Positions 53,176-61,936 of a stretch of DNA of 64,000 nt are shown piece by piece. Each line of letters begins with the position of its first letter. Within the stretch, counting starts at the first letter, position 1. This DNA is from an uncultured Gemmatimonadales bacterium. GTDB taxonomy: Bacteria > Gemmatimonadota > Gemmatimonadetes > Gemmatimonadales > GWC2-71-9. The stretch lies in assembly GCA_963798915.1 (NCBI GenBank), contig CAWCVB010000001.1:192001-256000 (forward strand). Reading direction: 5' to 3'. The notes under the pieces are model-generated. The model did not search any database and was not told the DNA's origin. It saw only the letters and a list, made by a program, of their open reading frames with translations. The translations under genes were made by a program, and so were the position numbers.

Positions 53176-54735
53176 CTACCGCCTCCACTCCGGCAGCGTC
53201 GCCAGCCAGGCATACGGATCAATGGTCACATTGGTAATGTCGCGCCGGAAGGCCGATGCGCTCATCGTGGTATAGAGAAAGATGGCAGGCGCGTCGGCGT
53301 TGAGCGCGGATAGGGCCTCTCGATAGAGCGGCCCAGCCACGGCGGTGTCGCTGGTGCTGCCGGCCAGGGTCAGCAGCGAGTCCACGCCAGGATTGTCATA
53401 GTGCCCGTAGTTCTCGGACTCGAACCCCGAGCGGCCCCACTGTTCCGCCAGTCCGCGCATGGTCGGCTCATCCAGATAGGCGCCGATATAGCTGTCAAAC
53501 TTTCCCTGCGCCAGTCGCTCCTGAAAAACCGGGAAATCCACCACCGTGATCGTCGCCGCTGCGCCGACTCGCCGCCAGGCTTCCTGCAGGGCTTCAGCGA
53601 TGCGCCGGCGGGTGGGGCTGGTGGACGGAACCAGGATGTCGAACTCGTAAGGGCGCACGGCCGTGCGCTGCGCGCCGAGCGCTGAGCGTGCCGCTGCCGT
53701 ATCGAACCGCACCTGATCGATCCCCGTCTCCCCGATCCACGCCAGAGAAGACGTCGGACCCGCGGGCGCATGCGCGTCGGACCCGAACGCGTTCCGCGCA
53801 ATGGCGTTGCGGTCCACCGCCGCCGCCAGCGCCCGCCGCACCTCCCGGCTGCGCAGCGCCCGGTTCGGCGAGGCAAGATTGAAGGCAAGAAATCCATAGA
53901 CCGCGGAGGGATAGCGCTCCACCCGGAAGGCGGTGTCCGTCTCCACCCGCGCAGTCCGGTCCGGCGTCATCAGCACTTCGAGCAGATCGGCTTCGTGGGC
54001 AAGCACCAGGTTGAGCGCGGCATCGGGATCCTGGGTAAACCGGAAGACGACGGTGCCGATGCTGGACGGCTGGGTGGCTGGACGGCTGGATGGCTGGCCG
54101 GTCGCGGCGAGCGTCAGCGCTTCGCCTCGCCGCCAGGAAATGACTCGGTATGGCCCGCTGCCCACCAGGTGCGCCACCGCGGTGTCCGCCCCCCAGTTCT
54201 CGCGGGGGATCCCGGCCCAGACATGCTCGGGGATGACGCGCACGTGGTAAGTCGCGTCATAGAGTTGCTCAGGTGACGCATGCGGAAAGGTGACCCGTAC
54301 CGTGAGCGAGTCTTCCGCCGTGAGTTCGAGCGGCGCCACGGCCGAGCGGCCGACCGCGTCCACCATGCTGTCGCTGTAGACGTCGAACGAGAAGACGACG
54401 TCGCGCGCGGTGACCGGCATGCCGTCCTGCCAGGCCGCACCGGGACGGAGGTGAAAGCGCCAGCTGAGCGAGTCCACTCGCTCCCATCGCTCGGCGAGTG
54501 CAGGGCGATAGGCCGCGGTGTCGATGCTGGCGCTGCCGGGCGCCAGGTCGGCAAGACGCTCCCAGACCAGGTCACCCACGTCCCGCCCCACTGATTCGTA
54601 GGTGAGAGGCGGCAGCACCGAGGGCGGCTCGCCGACCGCCGCGACAACTACGGTCCCGGTGCCGGGCCGTTCACCTGGGGCGCACGCCGCCAGGCAGAGC
54701 AACAGCAGGGCCGCCGTCCGGGCGCCGCCGTGCAT
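53176..54735 (-). CDS. ABC transporter peptide/nickel-type substrate-binding lipoprotein (family 5)
   Basis: Lipobox LAAC, PALAERWE, WQDGMPVTARDVVFS, VGSGPY and VRRALAAAVDR. Confidence 0.92.
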   Translation of the reverse strand: MHGGARTAALLLLCLAACAPGERPGTGTVVVAAVGEPPSVLPPLTYESVGRDVGDLVWERLADLAPGSASIDTAAYRPALAERWERVDSLSWRFHLRPGAAWQDGMPVTARDVVFSFDVYSDSMVDAVGRSAVAPLELTAEDSLTVRVTFPHASPEQLYDATYHVRVIPEHVWAGIPRENWGADTAVAHLVGSGPYRVISWRRGEALTLAATGQPSSRPATQPSSIGTVVFRFTQDPDAALNLVLAHEADLLEVLMTPDRTARVETDTAFRVERYPSAVYGFLAFNLASPNRALRSREVRRALAAAVDRNAIARNAFGSDAHAPAGPTSSLAWIGETGIDQVRFDTAAARSALGAQRTAVRPYEFDILVPSTSPTRRRIAEALQEAWRRVGAAATITVVDFPVFQERLAQGKFDSYIGAYLDEPTMRGLAEQWGRSGFESENYGHYDNPGVDSLLTLAGSTSDTAVAGPLYREALSALNADAPAIFLYTTMSASAFRRDITNVTIDPYAWLATLPEWRR

Positions 54736-55085
54736 CACCGGGAGTCTGGCACTGGCCGCAGGGCCGCCACGATGCGTTCGGCCCGTTCTGCCAACATGCC
54801 AATCTCCTTGTGGCTGGTGCGAAGCTTCCCCGCGAGGATGTCCACGTGGAGCGCGTCGAGGATCTCGATGGCGCGGCGAAGCCGGAAGCGCTCCAGCGTG
54901 CTGACCGGATCGGGATTGTTGGATGCAGACAGAATGGCCCAGAGACGCAGGCGAAGGTCGTCCACGCCTGACTTGAGGTCCTGCACACCCGACATGGGCA
55001 CCGATTTGGCCTGCATGCGCTGCTCGATGGCCTGCAGCGCAGCACGCATCTTCTGGAGCTCCTGGTTCACGTCTCCTGGAGTCAT
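54735..55085 (-). CDS. hypothetical helical protein
   Basis: 116 aa, and its stop overlaps the next start (TGATG). Confidence 0.75.
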   Translation of the reverse strand: MTPGDVNQELQKMRAALQAIEQRMQAKSVPMSGVQDLKSGVDDLRLRLWAILSASNNPDPVSTLERFRLRRAIEILDALHVDILAGKLRTSHKEIGMLAERAERIVAALRPVPDSR

Positions 55086-55149
55086 GCGGCCTTCTGTCTG
55101 TGAGGATGCTCGAAGCTAGTCGAGGTACCTCCATCCTCAAGGGGCGATG

Positions 55150-56751
55150 TCAGGCCGCCTGGCGCTGCATGAAGCCGCAGAACGTGTCGAACACGTCCGG
55201 GCGCCACCAGTTCCGCGTTGCTTCCATGCGGGCGAGTGCCTGAGCGCTGCTCATGGCCGGCCGGTAGCTGCGGGTCGTGGTCAGGGCGTCGTACACGTCC
55301 ACGATGCAGATCACCTGTGCCGCCAGGGGAATCTCGTCGCCCGCCAGCCGGTCAGGATAGCCGCTGCCGTCGTATTTCTCGTGATGCCAGCGGATGATCG
55401 GCTTGATGTCCCATGGAAAATCCACCGTCGCCAGCAGCTCGACACCCCAGTCCGGATGCCTGCGGATCACGTCGAACTCGTCGTCAGTGAGCCGGCCTGG
55501 CTTGTTCAGGATCTCGTGCGGCACCCGGACCTTCCCGAGATCATGGAGATAGGCGCCGAGGCGGAGCGCGGTCAGCGCATCGTCATCCATGCCAAGGGCG
55601 GTGCCAAGTCGCACGCCCAGATCGGCCACCCGCTCGCAATGCCCGAAGGTGTAACTGTCCGCCGATTCGATGGACTGACCCCAGTCGCGCACCACCGCCA
55701 GGTAGGTTCCTTCGAGCCGGGTGACCTTGCCGCTGATGTCCACCAGCTCGCGTCGGGCATCGAGCCGGCGAAAGAGACGGTGGGCCGTGTTCAGCGATCG
55801 CAGAGCCTCCTGGTTGCGCCCGGTCGCCTGGTAGAGCATCGCCAGCTCTCGGGTGGTCTCCGCTTCGCTGAGCACCGACCCGGTGGCAATGGCAAGCTCG
55901 ACGGCGGTGCGCAGCCGTGATTCCGCGAGCTGGATCCGCCCGGTCTCGCGATAGATGCGCCCGATGATCTGGTAGGCATCAGCTTTATCAATCCGCGAGT
56001 CCATCTCATTGAAGATGCCCAGCGCCTGCTCGGCACTGGGCATCGCCATGTCGTATCGCTGGCGCGAGGCGAGCACATCGGCACGGTTCAGCAGGACGAG
56101 TCCACGCAGGTGAACGTTACCAAGCTCCTCCGACAGTTGGAGGCTGCGCACGTAATGGGCGTCGGCCTGCTCGTATTCACCACGGTCGGCGTGCAGCATG
56201 CCGAGATTGTGCTCCAGCTGGGCCCGGCCCGGCTTGTTCCCGGCGGCGTCGTAGGCCGCCAGCGCCCGCTCGTAGTGGGCCAGGGCTCCGTCGTGATCGC
56301 CCTGGATGGTGGCCAGGATGCCCAGGTTCTGCTCCACCTTGCCGCGCACCGCGTCGTGCCTTCCACCCAGGACCAGCGCCCGCTGGAAGCGGCGCCGGGC
56401 CGAATCGATCGAGCCCTGCTCAACGTCAAATCCGGCGAGCGCGTTGAGGGCGTTGGCCGCGCGAAGGTCGTCGTTCAGTTCTGTCGCCAGCCCCAGACTG
56501 CGCTGGGCCAGCTCCTGCGCCCGCACCTTTTCATCACGGTGATGGCAGACCACCGCCAGTTGCCGGAGGGCGTCTGCCGTCAGCGAGGGTTGATGGTCCC
56601 GACTTGCGGCGTCGAGCGCCGCTTCGAGCGCGGCGGCCGCTTCAGCCAGCGCGCCGGAGCGCATGTGTGACTCCACGGTCGCCAACAGCTCGGCCGCCCG
56701 CCCCGGAGGCGCGGGACGAACGACCGAATCCGGCGGGCCGCTGGAGATCAC
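55150..56751 (-). CDS. TPR-repeat protein fused to an HD-GYP phosphodiesterase
   Basis: About 8 TPRs (QNLGILA, HNLGMLH), then YTFGHCERV, LHDLGK, HHEKYDGSGYP and DVYDALTTTRSYR. Confidence 0.93.
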   Translation of the reverse strand: MISSGPPDSVVRPAPPGRAAELLATVESHMRSGALAEAAAALEAALDAASRDHQPSLTADALRQLAVVCHHRDEKVRAQELAQRSLGLATELNDDLRAANALNALAGFDVEQGSIDSARRRFQRALVLGGRHDAVRGKVEQNLGILATIQGDHDGALAHYERALAAYDAAGNKPGRAQLEHNLGMLHADRGEYEQADAHYVRSLQLSEELGNVHLRGLVLLNRADVLASRQRYDMAMPSAEQALGIFNEMDSRIDKADAYQIIGRIYRETGRIQLAESRLRTAVELAIATGSVLSEAETTRELAMLYQATGRNQEALRSLNTAHRLFRRLDARRELVDISGKVTRLEGTYLAVVRDWGQSIESADSYTFGHCERVADLGVRLGTALGMDDDALTALRLGAYLHDLGKVRVPHEILNKPGRLTDDEFDVIRRHPDWGVELLATVDFPWDIKPIIRWHHEKYDGSGYPDRLAGDEIPLAAQVICIVDVYDALTTTRSYRPAMSSAQALARMEATRNWWRPDVFDTFCGFMQRQAA

Positions 56752-56752
56752 G

Positions 56753-57346
56753 CTACCATGCCACCGCGTAACGGGAAAAGTGATTCAGCGGCGCAGAGAC
56801 GGTCTCGCCTCGCACGCTGTCCTTGGACTTGAGGACTTCGATCACGTCCAGGTTTTCGTCAGTGTAGACGATCTGCTTCGGCGCCTTGGCCTGCTCGCAG
56901 TTGGAATAGCCCATGGTGAGCGTGGCGGGCTTGCCAAACTTGAGTCCTTCCGGCGCGAAGCGCACCGAGTTCACATCACCCGAGACCTGCTCGGCGCTGA
57001 TCTGGACCCAGGACGACAGCGCTCCGCGGGGGATGTCGAGCGTGCTGGCGCCAAAGCGAATGGTGCCGCCGCTCGGTCCGACCCATTGGCTGGCCTTGTC
57101 GTCGGGCAGCGCGCTGCAGTTCAGCAGGGTCAGCAACCCGTCTACCGTGTTCACGGTGGTGGTCAGAGTGTTATCCACCAGCGTGACGGTGCCACCCAGG
57201 AGGTTGCCGACCAGCGACTGATCGGGACCGCCGAGAACGGGAGCCGGCGGCAGCACCGAGTTGCTCTCCGGTGCGAGCGGTCCATCCGTCGCACAGGAGA
57301 TGACGGCCAGTGCTGCCAGCGCGGCCATCGTGGATCGAAGCAGCAT
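56753..57346 (-). CDS. lipoprotein with a ZU5-like domain ending in HFS-RYAVAW
   Basis: Lipobox VISC, GPSGGTI...LDIPRGAL...FAPEGLKFGKPATL and terminal LNHFSRYAVAW. Confidence 0.75.
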   Translation of the reverse strand: MLLRSTMAALAALAVISCATDGPLAPESNSVLPPAPVLGGPDQSLVGNLLGGTVTLVDNTLTTTVNTVDGLLTLLNCSALPDDKASQWVGPSGGTIRFGASTLDIPRGALSSWVQISAEQVSGDVNSVRFAPEGLKFGKPATLTMGYSNCEQAKAPKQIVYTDENLDVIEVLKSKDSVRGETVSAPLNHFSRYAVAW

Positions 57347-57467
57347 GCGAGCGGACACGGTAACTCCTGTGGGACGGGTGAACGGCCGGGCACCGGTACC
57401 GCAGCGCCCCATCGGGCGCCACCGGACGCTCCAGATTGGGAGCCGGGTGCAGAACGGCAGCCGAAGA

Positions 57468-57483
57468 AGCAACCCTCATGCCC
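57468..57483 (-). promoter_or_regulatory. sigma54 (-24/-12) promoter, leftward
   Basis: The minus strand reads GGGCATGAGGGTTGCT, which is GG-N10-GC with TTGCT. Confidence 0.7.
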
Positions 57484-57812
57484 GGCTTCATTAACCCGTA
57501 TACTTTCTCGACATGCAGCTGATGAAAGACTCTGTATACTATTGTTAGGCAGGATATTACGATGTTGGCAATCAGTGGCAGCTGTATAATTATTGCCATT
57601 ACAAATTGCTGAGCCGCCGCGTCATGGAGGCGCGAATCCCTCAGCCGCCAGACCACAGGCCGCCTGCGCGCGGGCTGGATCCAGCTCAATCGTTCTCATG
57701 GTGATACGATATGATACTACTTGGCATATATTGTTACAGGACGCCGATCAGGTATGCCAATCGTATTTTCGCAAGTTGTTTGGTGCCTGCGACTTAGAGC
57801 AGTCGTCCCAGA

Positions 57813-57828
57813 AGGCCTGACCCTTGCT
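57813..57828 (+). promoter_or_regulatory. sigma54 (-24/-12) promoter, rightward
   Basis: AGGCCTGACCCTTGCT is GG-N10-GC with TTGCT, about 40 nt before the ATG at 57868. Confidence 0.65.
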
Positions 57829-57867
57829 CATGGAGGGGTAGTGAACCACAACCCCTATGGAGGCCAC

Positions 57868-58653
57868 ATGCCTGGACGACTCGCTCTCTCATACGCTGGT
57901 GCCGTCGGCACCCTCATCCTTACCGCCGCCTGCGGCTCCACGGCGGTGGACGCCAACGGCGCCGGCACCCTCAATCTGCAGACTGCGACCAGCGGCCAGC
58001 CCGCTATCGCCGCCGCAGAACGGACGCTGGACCTCAATGGTGATGTCCTGGTGATTTCCAGCGTCGAATTAGTGGCGCGCGAAATCGAACTGGAGGGCAG
58101 TGAGGGCAGCTGTGAAGCGGCCACCAGTGCCTCGAGCGACGACTGCAACGAAGTGGAAGTCGGCCCGGTGCTGCTGAGCCTTCCGCTCACGCCCGGCGCA
58201 GCGCAGAACTTCAGCACCGTCGTCAGCGCGGGCACGTTCAATGAAGTCAAGTTCAGGATCGACACGCCGGATGACGACAACAGTGCCGACCTGGCGTTCC
58301 GTGCCTCGCATCCGGAGTTTGAGCACGCCAGTATCCGTGTGATCGGGACCTTCAATGATGTTCCGTTCACCTTTACGTCGGACGTCGAGGCCGAGCAGGA
58401 GATCCATCTCCCGACGCCGATCGTCACCGGTGACGCGGCCGTAGACCTGACGATCTTCGTGGACGTGGATGGGTGGTTCATGTCGGCCGATGGCACCACC
58501 CTCATCGACCCGGCATTGGCCCTTCCGGGAGAGCCCATGCAGGCTCTGGTCGAGGGCAATATCAAGGCCTCATTTCAGGCATTCGAGGATCATGACCACG
58601 ACGGCAGCGATGACAGTGGCCACAGCGGCACTGACGACAGCAGCAACAACTGA
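57868..58653 (+). CDS. acidic beta-rich lipoprotein (DUF4382-like)
   Basis: GGAGG RBS, lipobox TAAC, a Cys pair and an Asp/His/Ser-rich tail. The family call is tentative. Confidence 0.75.
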   Translation: MPGRLALSYAGAVGTLILTAACGSTAVDANGAGTLNLQTATSGQPAIAAAERTLDLNGDVLVISSVELVAREIELEGSEGSCEAATSASSDDCNEVEVGPVLLSLPLTPGAAQNFSTVVSAGTFNEVKFRIDTPDDDNSADLAFRASHPEFEHASIRVIGTFNDVPFTFTSDVEAEQEIHLPTPIVTGDAAVDLTIFVDVDGWFMSADGTTLIDPALALPGEPMQALVEGNIKASFQAFEDHDHDGSDDSGHSGTDDSSNN

Positions 58654-58689
58654 CGCGTCCGTGCGTGAGGCAGTCTGCCAGGTTGCCGC

Positions 58690-60033
<1,344 letters not shown>

Positions 60034-60059
60034 ACCCCTGGCCTGACGAGGATCATCGC

Positions 60060-60674
60060 ATGCAACGTTCCACCGTTCGAACCGGACTCTGCAGCCTGGC
60101 CATCATGGCACTGCTGGCGGCTTGCGGCGACTCCACCAGCCCCGACACCCGTCCCGACTCCGGGCTCAACATCCTGCGCCTGGCGGCGAGCGCGCCGCCG
60201 CTGGAAGCATCTGAACTCAGCTTCTATGCGGTGCAGGGGCAGGGACGGGAGGGAATCCTCTATTTCGAGGATGAGAACGGCCAGCGCGGCGACGAGTATC
60301 TGCGCCTCAAGTTCGATGGCGAATCGCTGGTCACCGACGCGACCGGCGCGCTGGTCGCCCCGGGTGACTCGGTGCTGATTCACATCACGGTGGTCGACCC
60401 TGCACGGATCCAGTTCCAATTCGAGCCCGCAGGTATTGTCTTCAACCCGGTGCACATGCCGGAGCTCCGGATTCGTTACGACAAGTCGGATCACGACTTC
60501 AACGAGGACGGGTCGGAGGATTCCGAGGACGCCGACATCGAAGGCCGCCTCGCGCTCTGGCGCCAGGAGACCCTGGGCGGCATCTACGTCAAGCTTCCCA
60601 CGCAGCTGACGGTCGACGTCGATGAAGCCGAAGGCCTGGTCCCCGGCTTCAGCCGCTTCGCGATTGCCTACTGA
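60060..60674 (+). CDS. lipoprotein related to 56753..57346, ending in GFS-RFAIAY
   Basis: Lipobox LAAC, FQFEPAGIVFN, DFNEDG and terminal VPGFSRFAIAY. Confidence 0.75.
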   Translation: MQRSTVRTGLCSLAIMALLAACGDSTSPDTRPDSGLNILRLAASAPPLEASELSFYAVQGQGREGILYFEDENGQRGDEYLRLKFDGESLVTDATGALVAPGDSVLIHITVVDPARIQFQFEPAGIVFNPVHMPELRIRYDKSDHDFNEDGSEDSEDADIEGRLALWRQETLGGIYVKLPTQLTVDVDEAEGLVPGFSRFAIAY

Positions 60675-60681
60675 GTGTGTG

Positions 60682-61581
60682 ATGAGTCCTGACACTCGGC
60701 CCGATGACCCTGGGACACTGCTCCGCGACGCGACCCACCACACGCGGCGGGGCGAACTGGGGCCGGGCTGGCACGAGGCGCGTTTGGCCATGGAGCTGTT
60801 CCGCCTTCGCGGTGATCGCGATGGTCGAATGCGCGCCGTCAACCTGATGGGCGCCATCGCCTGGGAACGCGGGGAACTGGATGCGGCCGATGGCTTCTTC
60901 AGCGATGCCCTCGACCTGGCACAGGAATTGGGCGACCACGTGCTGGGCGCACGCGCCTCCAATAATCTCGCGTCGGTCGCGACCCTCCGCGGCCACCCCG
61001 AGCGCGCGCTCAGCCTGTACCGGCGCGCGCTGCTGGGCTACCAGCGGCTGGGCGACCGACGGGGCCTCGCCGAAACCTGGCACAACCTGGGGCTGACCTG
61101 GCGGTGGATGGGCGATCTGGAGCAGGCCGACGGCGCGGCACGGGAAGCGGTGCGTCATGCCGAGCGCGAAGACAACGCTGCGTTGCTGGCCCTGGCGATC
61201 TCAGGCCGCGCCGAGATTGAAATGCAGCGAGGTGAGTTGCGGGTCGCCGAGCTGGCATTGGGACGCGCCCGTCACCTCGCCGCTTCAGCCGGCGACATTC
61301 TGGGCGTTGCGGAGGCGGACCGTATTCACGCGACCCTGCTGTTGCGCCAAGGCGAAGCAGCCCGGGCGCTGGCCGCCGCCGCGGCCGCGCGGCAGGTCGC
61401 CGAACAACATGCCAGCGCCCTGCTTTCGGCTGAGTGCGCCGCCGTCGCGGCCGTCGCAGCCCGGAAGCTGGGCCTTGGCGCCGAGGCCGAATCGCATGCG
61501 GCGGCGGCGCGTAGCGGTTTCGTCAGCCTGCATGCAACCTATCTGCTCAATCAATTCGAGGAAGACTGGGCGCGCGGCTGA
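60682..61581 (+). CDS. stand-alone TPR protein
   Basis: Repeats NLMGAIAW, SNNLASVA and WHNLGLTW, resembling the TPR region of the HD-GYP protein. Confidence 0.85.
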   Translation: MSPDTRPDDPGTLLRDATHHTRRGELGPGWHEARLAMELFRLRGDRDGRMRAVNLMGAIAWERGELDAADGFFSDALDLAQELGDHVLGARASNNLASVATLRGHPERALSLYRRALLGYQRLGDRRGLAETWHNLGLTWRWMGDLEQADGAAREAVRHAEREDNAALLALAISGRAEIEMQRGELRVAELALGRARHLAASAGDILGVAEADRIHATLLLRQGEAARALAAAAAARQVAEQHASALLSAECAAVAAVAARKLGLGAEAESHAAAARSGFVSLHATYLLNQFEEDWARG

Positions 61582-61936
61582 GTCGGCGGTGCCAGACGAT
61601 CCAGTAGATCACCAGGTTGAAGAGCACCACGAAGATCCCCAGCAGCAGCTGGACCCCGCGGGTCAGGTCATGAGGATAGAGTACCGGCAGGATGTAGTGC
61701 TCGACAAACCCGCCCTGGTAGCCGGCCAGGCCGCCCTGATGCCTCAGCCATTTCTCCAGCGGCGTCAGCGGGCAGATCCAGCCGGCAAATTCAATGAGCG
61801 CGCCCCACACCGCCGCCGGAAGGTGAAACCAGCCAGCACGGCGCCAGCGCAGGGCGAGCAAACCTCCGAAGATGACGAACAGCACAAAGCCGAAGTGCAG
61901 CAGCACCACGACGTCGGCCAGGATGCCGTAGGGCAT
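61547..61936 (-). CDS. DUF2784 family membrane protein
   Basis: Motifs HFGFVLFV, WICPLTPLE and GFVEHY. Confidence 0.9.
   Translation of the reverse strand: MPYGILADVVVLLHFGFVLFVIFGGLLALRWRRAGWFHLPAAVWGALIEFAGWICPLTPLEKWLRHQGGLAGYQGGFVEHYILPVLYPHDLTRGVQLLLGIFVVLFNLVIYWIVWHRRLSRAPSLPRID

Noticed and set aside
52895..53275. short ORFs over repeat arrays (also 3387..3611 and 17025..17415)
   Set aside because: They are translations of non-coding heptamer and REP-like repeats.
57566..57760. additional sigma54 promoters at the TGGCA sites
   Set aside because: None has GC at the required GG-N10-GC spacing, so they are treated as possible enhancer half-sites instead.
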